From positions 5,897 to 69,896 of the forward strand of contig CAWCAT010000009.1 in the NCBI GenBank assembly GCA_963793625.1: a DNA stretch of 64,000 nucleotides, given 5' to 3'. Made by a program: the position numbers and the translations under genes. The DNA is from Bryobacteraceae bacterium. Lineage in GTDB: Bacteria > Acidobacteriota > Terriglobia > Bryobacterales > Bryobacteraceae. The notes beneath the pieces are model-generated. The model did not search any database, had not been told where the DNA came from, and saw only the letters and a list, made by a program, of their open reading frames with translations. This document shows, in pieces, positions 8,844 to 17,341 of this stretch. The number at the start of each line of letters is the position of its first letter. Position 1 is the first letter of the stretch.

Positions 8844-10646
8844 GTGGCCACGCTAACACAAACCAGAAGGGATGTTACTGGGGGCAAGAAGAACCTGGTC
8901 AACATCAACTGGGATCCGATCACGCGCATCGTGGGAAGTCTCGGCATCTACACTCAGATCGACTTCGACAACAAGCAGGTGGCGGACTGTTACAGCACGT
9001 CTTCGATCTTTAGGGGCTACAGCATTTTCATGAAAGGCAAGGATCCGCGCGACGCCCATTTCATCACCAGTCGGATTTGCGGCATCTGCGGTGACAACCA
9101 TGCCACGTGTGCGAACTACGCACAGAACATGGCATTCGGGGTCAGACCGCCGGACCTGGGTGAGTGGATCGTCAACCTGGGCGAGGCTGCTGAGTACATG
9201 TTCGACCACAACATCTACCAGGACAACTTGGTCGGCGTCGATTATTGCGCGCAGATGGTGAAAGAGACGAATCCGAAGGTGCTCGCCAAGGCGGAGCAGA
9301 CCTTGGCACCCCATTCCAACCAGCACGGCTTCCGAACAATCGGCGACATCATGGCCGCGCTAAACCCATTCTCGGGTGAGTTCTATAAAGAGGCTCTTGT
9401 GATGAGCCGCCTGACCCGAGAGATGTTCTGCCTCATGGAAGGGCGGCACGTACACCCATCGACGCTTTATCCGGGTGGGGTCGGCACGGTTCCGTCAACA
9501 CAACTCTTCACAGATTATCTGACGCGGCTCATGCGCTACGTCGAGTTCATGAAGAAAGTGGTTCCGCTGCACGACGATCTGTTCGACTTCTTCCTCGACG
9601 CAATGCCGGGATATGAAAAGGTGGGACAGCGCCGCATACTACTGGGCTGCTGGGGTTCCTTCCAGGATCCGCATGCGTGCGACTACAAGTACGAGAACAT
9701 GTCCGACTGGGGCCGGAAGATGTTCGTCACACCGGGTGTAATAGTGGATGGCGAGTTAGTCACCACTGACCTGGTGGACATCAACCTCGGGATTCGCATT
9801 CTGCTGGGCAGTTCCTACTACGACGATTGGGAGGAAAGTCCGACGTACGTAACGCGGGACCCGCTGGGCAACCCGGTCGATAAGCGTCACCCTTGGAACC
9901 AGACCACCGTGCCGCGTCCACAGAAGCGCAACTTCGATGGCAAGTACACCTGGGTGATGTCGCCGCGTTGGTACGACAAACGCACGGGCGATTACCTTGC
10001 GCTCGATACGGGTGGTGGTCCGCTGGCGCGCTTCTGGGCCACAGCGCTGGCGGGGTTGGTCAACATCGGATACGTGAAGGCCACCGGGCACAGCGTCAAG
10101 ATGTACCTTCCGAAAACTGTCTCCAAACCGGATGTCGAATTCGAGTGGAAGATTCCGCGATACAGCAATGCAATCGAACGGAACCGTGCCCGCACTTACT
10201 TCCAGGCTTATTCAGCGGCTGCTGCGCTGCACTTCGCGCAGATGGGGCTTGCGGAGTTGCACGCCGGAAAGACCAAGACCTGGAGGGAGTTCAAGGTACC
10301 AGAGAACGCGATCGGCTGCGGGTTCCACGAAGCCGTGCGCGGCGTGCTCTCGCACCACGTAGTGATTCGCGACGGCAAGATCGCGAACTATCATCCCTAT
10401 CCGCCAACCCCGTGGAATGCGAGCCCGCGCGATTCCTTCGGAACGCTTGGCCCGTATGAAGATGCGGTAAAGAACACGCCCATCTTCGAGGAGAATGGAC
10501 CGGACAACTTCAAGGGCATCGACATTATGCGCGCGGTGCGCAGCTTCGATCCGTGCCTGCCCTGCGGCGTCCATATGTACCTTGGCAAGGGTAAAACTCT
10601 GGAAACCCGCCATTCACCGATGTTTGGATTGCAGGGAAAAGAATGA
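8844..10646 (+). CDS. hhyL: group 1h/5 (Hhy-type) [NiFe]-hydrogenase large subunit
   Basis: 600-aa uninterrupted ORF with a GTG start 5 nt after a strong SD. N-terminal Ni-binding motif FITSRICGICGDNHA; C-terminal motif SFDPCLPCGVH followed by a cleavable tail. The N-terminus (WDPITRIVGSLGIYTQIDFDNKQV...SSIFRGYSIFMKGKDPRDAHF) and the ~600-aa length are characteristic of group 1h/5 enzymes. Confidence 0.9.
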   Translation: MATLTQTRRDVTGGKKNLVNINWDPITRIVGSLGIYTQIDFDNKQVADCYSTSSIFRGYSIFMKGKDPRDAHFITSRICGICGDNHATCANYAQNMAFGVRPPDLGEWIVNLGEAAEYMFDHNIYQDNLVGVDYCAQMVKETNPKVLAKAEQTLAPHSNQHGFRTIGDIMAALNPFSGEFYKEALVMSRLTREMFCLMEGRHVHPSTLYPGGVGTVPSTQLFTDYLTRLMRYVEFMKKVVPLHDDLFDFFLDAMPGYEKVGQRRILLGCWGSFQDPHACDYKYENMSDWGRKMFVTPGVIVDGELVTTDLVDINLGIRILLGSSYYDDWEESPTYVTRDPLGNPVDKRHPWNQTTVPRPQKRNFDGKYTWVMSPRWYDKRTGDYLALDTGGGPLARFWATALAGLVNIGYVKATGHSVKMYLPKTVSKPDVEFEWKIPRYSNAIERNRARTYFQAYSAAAALHFAQMGLAELHAGKTKTWREFKVPENAIGCGFHEAVRGVLSHHVVIRDGKIANYHPYPPTPWNASPRDSFGTLGPYEDAVKNTPIFEENGPDNFKGIDIMRAVRSFDPCLPCGVHMYLGKGKTLETRHSPMFGLQGKE

Positions 10647-10958
10647 ACACGGATCGTGTCAACGGGTTGGTTCAGAAGATTCACGGCCTGGCCGATTCGG
10701 ACGCGCGGGAAGCCGCGCTCGAACTGGTACAGGGCGTGATGGAATTACACGCGACTGCGCTGGAGCGCATGCTGGACACCATTTGTAATTTCGATAATGG
10801 CGAGCCAATCATTGGCGCGCTTGCAGGCGCTGAAGTCAGAGATCGAGCAGGCTTTGAACGAAGCGGCACCAGACGCAGCGGCGATTGTGGTGGAAGGTGC
10901 GACGGGCGAGGCTAACGCGACCGGTTTCGTGCCGCTTGCGCAGTTGCTCGCCAGTTGA
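10643..10958 (+). pseudogene. NifU-like hydrogenase-associated protein with internal out-of-frame deletion
   Basis: ATG 10643 overlaps the hhyL stop (ATGA). The N-terminal part is MNTDRVNGLVQKIHGLADSDAREAALELVQGVMELHATALERMLDTI...GEPIIGALAG. The original 3' end survives in the +1 frame: QALKSEIEQALNEAAPDAAAIVVEGATGEANATGFVPLAQLLAS*, with its stop at 10956-10958, 5 nt before the next ATG. The central part, which in NifU C-terminal-type domains holds the CxxC motif, is missing. The junction is near 10822-10828. Confidence 0.5.
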
Positions 10959-10963
10959 ATTGC

Positions 10964-11608
10964 ATGAACGGATCCTTTGCAAGCTCAAAAGGCGTGTTCG
11001 ACGCCCTGCGAGGATTTTCTCGCAGAGGCCGGCCAAAGGAGCAGTGTGAGCTGTGCGGTGTCGCAGTTAGTCCCGAGCATGCGCATGTGCTGCAACACTC
11101 GGATAACCGCATCATGTGCGCCTGTGAAGCTTGTGCGATCCTGTTCAGCCATCGCGGACAGGCGAGAAGATTCACGCGCATTCCCCGTGAGATTCGCCGC
11201 ATCGAGAACTTCCAAATGACAGACGTGGAGTGGAGCATGCTGCGGTTGCCCATAGACCTCGCATTCTTCCTCCGAAATTCCAGCGCCGGGCGCGTGATTG
11301 CGTTCTATCCGAGTCCGGCCGGACCCACGGAATCTCTGCTCAGTCTCGAAGCCTGGGACGATATCGTTCGCAACAATCCTGTGCTCACAGATTTACAAAG
11401 CGACGTGGAAGCATTACTGGTCAATCGCATCCGTGACAATCGCGAATACTACATCGCGCCGCTCGATGAGTGCTACAAGCTGACTGGATTGATCCGCATT
11501 CACTGGCGCGGCTTTTCAGGCGGTGACGAAGCATGGCGTCAGATCGATCAATTCTTTGCTTCACTGCGGGAGCGCGCGAGCAATGAGGTGAACCGTGCGT
11601 GTGCTTGA
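10964..11608 (+). CDS. hydrogenase-cluster conserved protein (DUF5947-like)
   Basis: Intact ORF with cysteine pairs (CELCG...CACEAC) and ...IAFYPSPAGPTESLL...YYIAPLDECYKLTGLIRIHWRGFSGG... Position and sequence match the conserved unknown gene that follows hhyL/NifU in group 1h loci. The DUF number is from memory. Confidence 0.65.
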   Translation: MNGSFASSKGVFDALRGFSRRGRPKEQCELCGVAVSPEHAHVLQHSDNRIMCACEACAILFSHRGQARRFTRIPREIRRIENFQMTDVEWSMLRLPIDLAFFLRNSSAGRVIAFYPSPAGPTESLLSLEAWDDIVRNNPVLTDLQSDVEALLVNRIRDNREYYIAPLDECYKLTGLIRIHWRGFSGGDEAWRQIDQFFASLRERASNEVNRACA

Positions 11609-12251
11609 ACTCAGTTTCGCCGTTGAGGGAGCGGAGCCGGTTCCATATGCAATGTCTCCGATGCTCGCGCTGAAGTTGCGGATCACGAACGGCGATGGCC
11701 GGGTGCTGATACAGAGCATCATGCTGCAATGTCAGATCCAGCTTGAGGTAGCTCGCCGGAAATACGAGAGCAGCGAGGAGCCCGGTTTGTTGGATCTGTT
11801 CGGTCCGCCCGAACGCTGGGGCACAACCTTACGCACCATGTTGTGGACGCATGCCAGCGTCAATGTTCGTCCGTTCAGCGGTAGTGCCACAGTGCAGCTT
11901 CCGGTCCCATGTACGTTTGACTTCAATGTGGCTGCGACGAAATATTTCCACGCGCTTGAAGGCGGCGAAGTGCCGCTCTGCCTGCTGTTCAGCGGTACGG
12001 TTTTTTACGAAGACGAGGATCGCGGGCTGCAAGTCGGGCAGATTCCCTGGGAGAAAGAAGTTCATTACCGCATGCCTGTGAGCGTATGGCGGCAGACGGT
12101 AGATCTGTACTATCCGAACAGCGCGGCTCTCATGCTGCGTCGCGATGTCTTCGATCGCCTGCACGAATACAAGATGAGGAATTCGATTCCCACCTGGGAG
12201 CAAGCGATCGAGCGCCTGCTCGCAGATGTTAACGAAGAGGTGATCTCGTGA
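11595..12251 (+). CDS. hydrogenase-cluster conserved protein (DUF6084-like)
   Basis: The GTG start overlaps the preceding stop by 14 nt. The 218-aa ORF is intact (MRVLELSFAVEGAEPVPYAMSPMLALKLRI...CTFDFNVAATKYFHALEGGEVPLCLLFSGTVFY...). It occupies the syntenic position of the second conserved unknown in group 1h loci. The DUF number is from memory. Confidence 0.6.
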   Translation: MRVLELSFAVEGAEPVPYAMSPMLALKLRITNGDGRVLIQSIMLQCQIQLEVARRKYESSEEPGLLDLFGPPERWGTTLRTMLWTHASVNVRPFSGSATVQLPVPCTFDFNVAATKYFHALEGGEVPLCLLFSGTVFYEDEDRGLQVGQIPWEKEVHYRMPVSVWRQTVDLYYPNSAALMLRRDVFDRLHEYKMRNSIPTWEQAIERLLADVNEEVIS

Positions 12252-13396
12252 ATGCAGAACTGGTGCGAAGCATCGCAGACGCTGTGCTCTATGAGGGATA
12301 CATGCTGTATCCGTGCCGGCCGACTTCAGTCAAAAATCGACAACGCTGGACGTTTGGCGGGTTATACCCGGAGTCGTTCACAGCTCGGTACGGTGATGCT
12401 TCGAGCATCCTGACAGAGTTGCTAGTCGTGCCGTCGGCAAATCCGGTTGTGAAGATCCACCTCAGGTTTTTGCATCCGTTGTCGCGCGAGGCCGAGGGTA
12501 CTGCCTGGCAGGAAGCAATGGAACGCGAAATCGATTCGCCGGAACTGGAATGCTCGAAGCTTCTTGAAGAGCCTTATCGCCAGCAGTTCAGCTTTCCTGC
12601 CTGGCGCCGCTCAGAGGACGGCTTTCTGCTGCGGCAGGAACGCGTGGACGGCGGCATTAAGATGCGCGCGAAGCGTATCAGCCCGGAGCTCTACAAACTG
12701 TCAATCCGCGTCTCGAATCTCACGGCGATCGAGATGTCGACACAAGTTACGCGCGATGAGGCATTACTTTCCGCGCTCGTTTCGACGCACGCTATTGTCA
12801 CTTTGACCGATGGGGAATTCGTCTCGGCGACTGACCCGCCCGAGCGCTTTCGAGAGGCAGCGGCAGCTTGCCGAAATCTCGGCGTTTGGCCGGTGCTGGC
12901 TGGCGAAGAGGGCTCTCGTGATTGCATGCTCGCGTCGCCGATCGTCCTTTACGATTACCCGCAAGTGGCTCCGGAAAGTCCGGGTGATCTTTTCGATGGC
13001 GCAGAGATCGATGAGATTCTCACACTTCGCATTCTGACGATGACGCCTGAAGAGAAGGAACAGATGCGCCGGGTGGATGAGCGTACGCGCCGAATGCTCG
13101 AAAGAACAGAGGCGCTTTCTCCGCAGGAGTTGGAGAAGTTGCACGGCGCTTTCCGTACTTCACACGCACCGCTGAAGCGCGGTGACAGGGTTCGACTGTG
13201 GCCAAAGAAATCTGCCGACATCATGGATATCGCGCTCAAGGGACGGGTTGCTGAAATCGAAGCCGTTGAAGTCGACTTTGAAAACCAGGTCCATCTGGCT
13301 GTTGTGCTCGAAGATGATCCGGGCCGTGACCTGGGTGCGTTGCGCCAACCCGGACATCGTTTCTTCTTTTCACTGGACGAGGTGGAACCACTATGA
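12248..13396 (+). CDS. hydrogenase-cluster conserved hypothetical protein (382 aa)
   Basis: Intact ORF, translationally coupled at both ends (GTGA at 12248-12251, ATGA at 13393-13396). N-terminus ...AVLYEGYMLYPCRPTSVKNRQRWTFGGLYP... I recognise no catalytic motif. Confidence 0.55.
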   Translation: MNAELVRSIADAVLYEGYMLYPCRPTSVKNRQRWTFGGLYPESFTARYGDASSILTELLVVPSANPVVKIHLRFLHPLSREAEGTAWQEAMEREIDSPELECSKLLEEPYRQQFSFPAWRRSEDGFLLRQERVDGGIKMRAKRISPELYKLSIRVSNLTAIEMSTQVTRDEALLSALVSTHAIVTLTDGEFVSATDPPERFREAAAACRNLGVWPVLAGEEGSRDCMLASPIVLYDYPQVAPESPGDLFDGAEIDEILTLRILTMTPEEKEQMRRVDERTRRMLERTEALSPQELEKLHGAFRTSHAPLKRGDRVRLWPKKSADIMDIALKGRVAEIEAVEVDFENQVHLAVVLEDDPGRDLGALRQPGHRFFFSLDEVEPL

Positions 13397-13905
13397 AACC
13401 GCGCATTCTGATTGCAGGCGTCGGAAACATTTTCCTGGGGGATGATGCGTTCGGGTGCGAAGTCACACAACGTCTTCTCCAACAAGAGTGGCCACACGAC
13501 GTGAAGATTTTCGATTACGGCATCCGTGGCTTCGACCTGGCTTACGCGTTGTTGGAGGACTATGAGGCCGTGGTTTTGGTCGACGCTGTCCCACGCGGCG
13601 ATGAGCCGGGAACGCTGTACCTGATCGAGCCGGAGTTGAAGTCGCTGCACGAAAACGACGCGGAAGACGTGTTCGTCGAGGCGCACTGCATGAATCTGAA
13701 GAAGGTGTTTGCGATGGTGAAGTCAATGGAGGGCGCGCCGCGCCGCATCTTTCTTGTTGGCTGCGAGCCGTCGACCAGTTGCGATGAAGAACGCATGGGT
13801 TTAAGCGCGCCGGTTGCAGCGGCAGTCGACGGCGCTGTGGAGATGGTCAGAAACGTTGTCGATCAATTCAGAAAAGGAGACAAAACGTGGACAGCAGGGG
13901 TCTGA
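13393..13905 (+). CDS. hupD: hydrogenase maturation endopeptidase (HyaD/HupD family)
   Basis: MKPRILIAGVGNIFLGDDAFGCEVTQRL...FDYGIRGFDLAYALLEDYEAVVLVDAVPRGDEPGTLYLIEP... This is the typical GxGNxxxxDDGxG protease signature. The ORF is intact. Confidence 0.85.
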   Translation: MKPRILIAGVGNIFLGDDAFGCEVTQRLLQQEWPHDVKIFDYGIRGFDLAYALLEDYEAVVLVDAVPRGDEPGTLYLIEPELKSLHENDAEDVFVEAHCMNLKKVFAMVKSMEGAPRRIFLVGCEPSTSCDEERMGLSAPVAAAVDGAVEMVRNVVDQFRKGDKTWTAGV

Positions 13906-13958
13906 CGAGAAACGATGAATTCGCGGGTAATGAAGGATTGTTCAGCGCAAGGGGGATC

Positions 13959-14048
13959 ATGAAAGCCGTGTTGATCACTGCTGCTGCGGCAGTAGTGATT
14001 TCGATGGTGCCAGGGTTAAAGCGGTATATCAAAATCGCCGCCATGTAA
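13959..14048 (+). CDS. 29-aa single-helix small membrane protein (not in the ORF track)
   Basis: ATG 13959 is preceded by AAGGGGG at 13949-13955. The product is MKAVLITAAAAVVISMVPGLKRYIKIAAM*. Small hydrophobic proteins ending in a K-R-Y-x-K/R-I-x-x-M type tail follow the endopeptidase in actinobacterial group 1h loci (recalled as a DUF6893-type small protein). Confidence 0.4.
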   Translation: MKAVLITAAAAVVISMVPGLKRYIKIAAM

Positions 14049-14074
14049 GCGCGGCTGAGGCAGAAAGGTATCCA

Positions 14075-15037
14075 ATGTGTCTGGCAATTCCGGCCAAAAC
14101 GGTGTGCGTGTTGCCGATGGGGCGCATCGATGATGGGTTGTCGATGGCAGAGGACCCGAACGTGATCTTCACTGCGTTCGGAGACATGATGCGTGTGCCT
14201 GGCACGCACGGTAGTCCATTGGAACATAAGTCTCGCGGAGCGAACATCCGGATCGTCTATTCGCCGATGGACGCGCTGGCGATTGCGGAGAAGAACCCGG
14301 AAAAGCATGTGATGTTCTTCGCGATCGGTTTTGAAACGACCGCGCCCTCGACCGCGCTGACGTTGATGCGCGCGAGGTCGAAGGGCATACGCAACTTCTC
14401 AGTATTCTGCAATCACGTAACGATCATTCCAGCGATCCGCGCGATTCTCGATTCGCCGGATATGCGCATCGACGCCTTCATCGGTCCGGGCCACGTATCT
14501 ACTGTGATTGGCTGCCGCCCCTACGAATGGGTGGCGAGAAACGAGCACAAGCCAATAGTCGTATGCGGCTTCGAACCGTTGGATGTATTGCAGTCGATTG
14601 TAATGCTGCTGCGTCAATTGAACGCGGGCGAAGCAAAGGTGGAGAACCAGTACAAACGCGTGGTGCCATGGGAGGGCAATCGCGCCGCGCTCAAGGCCAT
14701 CGGCGAAGTATTCGAATTGCGCCCATATTTCGAATGGCGCGGCATGGGCTTCATCTCGCAATCCGCGCTCCGCATTCGCGATCGCTACGCGCAGTGGGAT
14801 GCTGAATCTCGCTTCGCAGTGCCGGGCGTGCGGGTTACCGACCCGAAGGCCGCCCAATGCGGCGAAGTATTGAAGGGTGTGCTCAAGCCCGCTCAGTGCA
14901 AACTTTTCGGAAAGGAGTGTACGCCCGAACGACCTGTTGGCGCGCTAATGGTATCGTCCGAAGGCTCGTGCGCGGCTTACTTCAACTACGAGCATCGGAA
15001 GAGCGCGGCGCTGACCAACATCGGCGCTCCGTACTGA
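14075..15037 (+). pseudogene. hypD: hypC'-'hypD in-frame fusion (HypC codons 1-8 joined to HypD from the PVCV motif onward)
   Basis: The product starts MCLAIPAK (the canonical HypC N-terminus). It continues directly with TVCVLPMGRIDDGLSMAEDPNVIFTAFGDMMRVPGTHGS...IVYSPMDAL...FAIGFETTAP...ENQYKRVVP...GALMVSSEGSCAAYFNY. That part is collinear with E. coli HypD from about residue 70. The HypD CGGHxH motif and the first Cys of GPGCPVC are absent. Confidence 0.8.
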
Positions 15038-15042
15038 AGCCG

Positions 15043-16089
15043 ATGACTATTATCCCTGCGATTCCCAGAATCCGTTTCAACGACTCACAGATCGATATGG
15101 CGCACGGAGCGGGCGGAAAGGCCAGCCGGCGGCTGGTCGAAGGTCTGTTTGCGCCGCTGCTGTTTGGCCATTCCAGCGAACCGCTCGGCGACGCCGCTCA
15201 TCTGAACATCAACGGAGCGCATGTGGCGATCACGACCGACAGCTTTGTCGTGAAACCTCTGCGCTTTCCCAGGCGGATCAATTGGCGAACTTGCAGTCAA
15301 CGGAACGGTCAACGATCTTGCGGTGTCAGGCGCGCGCGCCGAAGCGCTGGTCGTGACCTATCTGCTGGAATCCGGCCTTCCGACCGACGTCCTGGAGGCA
15401 GAAGTTCGCGCGATGGCGAAAGCCGCGGCATGCGCTGGAGTCCTCGTGGTTGGCGGCGATACGAAAGTCGTCGAGCACGGCATGGCCGACCAGATGTATA
15501 TCACAACCGCGGGAATTGGCCGGCCGATTCCTGGCATCACGATCTCAGCGAACTCGGTTCGCCCCGGCGACAAGATCCTGATCAGTGGGCCAATCGGCGA
15601 TCACGGTATCACGATCCTGCTGGCGCGCGGCGAACTCGATCTCGAAGCGGAACTTCACTCGGACACACGCTCGGTACTTCCGATGGTCGACGCTCTGGCA
15701 CATTTCGTCGCGGCGGGCATTCGCTGGATGCGAGATCCGACGCGCGGAGGTGTTGCCACTTCGTTGAACGAACTTGCCCGTGACAGTGAGACTCTGCATA
15801 CTCCTCTTCGAAGACCGGATTCCAGTGCGCGAGCTGTGCGCGGCGCGTGCGAGTTGCTTGGGTTGGATCCGCTTCACATCGCGAACGAGGGACAGTTTCT
15901 GGCCGTGGTCGCCCCGGAATACGCCGACGCTGCCTGGAGGCGTTGCATGCTACGCCCGGCGGAAAGTACGCGGCCATAATCGGCGAGATCCGCGAGCAAC
16001 CCTCAGCGACCGTCCTCGGGACGACGCGTTATGGAGGCACGCGGGTCATCGACATGCTGGTCGGCGACCCACTGCCGCGCATCTGTTAA
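15043..16089 (+). pseudogene. hypE: hydrogenase maturation protein HypE, at least four frame breaks
   Basis: HypE sequence is spread over three frames. Segment 1: MTIIPAIPRIRFNDSQIDMAHGAGGKASRRLVEGLF...AITTDSFVVKPLRF. Segment 2: PGGSIGELAVNGTVNDLAVSGARAEALVVTYLLESGLP...GGDTKVV...RDPTRGGVATSLNELARDS. Segment 3: VRLCILLFEDRIPVRE. Segment 4: AVRGACELLGLDPLHIANEGQFLAVVAPEYADAA. Segment 5: LEALHATPGGKYAAIIGEI...DPLPRIC*. Breaks lie near 15268 (CCC run), 15790, 15835 and 15940. Confidence 0.8.
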
Positions 16090-16093
16090 CACC

Positions 16094-17109
16094 ATGCTGA
16101 CCAAACGTTCGACACTCGCCAGCCGCGCTGAAGAGGCGCTGCTCAAGCGGAACGACGTCTACGCGCGGATTCTTCTCGCGAGAGGCCGAGCGCCTTGCTC
16201 ACGCATGCCGGGAAATGTCGGAGCGCTTTCTGCGGGGCGGCCGCCTGTTGGCGTTCGGGCAAGGACCATACGCCACCGACGCACAGCATGTGTCGGTCGA
16301 ATTCGTTCATCCCGTGATCGTGGGGAAGCGCGCGCTCGTACGCATGCAGCGCGTTCACGCGCGATGCTTTCATGCATCAGGAAATGATAGAGATGCTCTA
16401 TCACACGCTCTGGGAAACCGTGCACGTGTTCTTCGAGCACCGCGAACTCGGGCTTGATGTCGGCGACTCGGGATTTCTGTATCCCTATCTTGGACAGGAA
16501 AAGCAGCAGACCGCGGGGGTGGTCGAAGAAGTCGCGGCATCGATCATCATGAAGGTAGAGGAGGACGCGAAACTGCGCGCACAAGTAGCCGCTGAGCAGG
16601 GCGAGAATATCGCGGACGCGGCGCTGGCTATTCGAGAGCGGTTGGATCGAGGCGGCAAGTTGATCCTGTTCGGTAATGGCGGTTCCGCCACGGATGCTAA
16701 CGATTGGGCACTCGACTGTGTTGCTCCACCGCTCGGCCTGCAGCCGATTCCGGCTATTTCGCTTTCGCTCGAACCGGCCAATATTACAGCGCTCGCCAAC
16801 GATATCGGTGCGGAAGTAATATTCTTACGTCAGTTGATCGCGCAGGCCAGACCCAATGATATTGCGGTCGGCATATCGACGAGCGGCGGATCGCGAAACA
16901 TCATCATGGCGTTGGAAGAAGCCCGAAGACGCAAGTTGTTGACCGTGGCCTTACTGGGCTACGACGGCGGCGAAATCGTGCGACGCGGCCTCGCCGACTG
17001 CCCGCTGGTTGTGCGCTGCGATTACATTCCGCGCATACAAGAGGTGCAGGCCTCGATGTATCACGTGCTCCGCGAACTGATCGAAAGGGGGACAGATGCC
17101 GAAAACTGA
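16094..17109 (+). pseudogene. tandem SIS-domain (GmhA-like) hydrogenase-cluster protein, first domain disrupted
   Basis: First-domain pieces are ATG 16094 MLTKRSTLASRAEEALLKRNDVYAR, then FFSREAERLAHACREMSERFLRGGRLLAFGQGPYATDAQHVSVEFVHPVIVGKRAL, with a frame break at about 16169. About 90-100 residues of the first SIS domain are then missing. The sequence resumes as ...TRDAFMHQEMIEMLYHTLWETVHVFFEH. The second SIS domain is intact (GGKLILFGNGGSATDAN...GISTSGGSRNI...). Confidence 0.6.
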
Positions 17110-17341
17110 ACTATACGGAACGGCGAGTTGTCCCTACACGCAAGAGCTGCGCGAATCGCTGGAATGGAAACGGCGCGAGTTCGTCGAGTACGATGTGGAA
17201 GCCGACGCGCAAGCGCTCGCGCGTATGCAGGAATTGACGGGCGGACAGCTTACGGTGCCGGTGCTGATTGAAGACGGAAAGGTCGTGCAAATCGGATGGC
17301 AAGGGCGGAGCTGCGTTGTTGGTAAAGGATCGTATCAATGA
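17096..17341 (+). CDS. glutaredoxin-like small redox protein (monothiol CPYT, conserved C-terminal Cys)
   Basis: MPKTELYGTASCPYTQELRESLEWKRREFVEYDVEADAQALARMQELTGGQLTVPVLIEDGKVVQIGWQGRSCVVGKGSYQ. The thioredoxin-fold layout is present (CPYx ... TVP ... GxxG). The gene overlaps the SIS gene stop and the hypF start. Confidence 0.65.
   Translation: MPKTELYGTASCPYTQELRESLEWKRREFVEYDVEADAQALARMQELTGGQLTVPVLIEDGKVVQIGWQGRSCVVGKGSYQ

Noticed and set aside
17096-17341. Selenocysteine recoding in the glutaredoxin-like gene.
   Set aside because: The candidate position is an ordinary TGC Cys codon. There is no in-frame TGA within the ORF, and I saw no SECIS-like hairpin.
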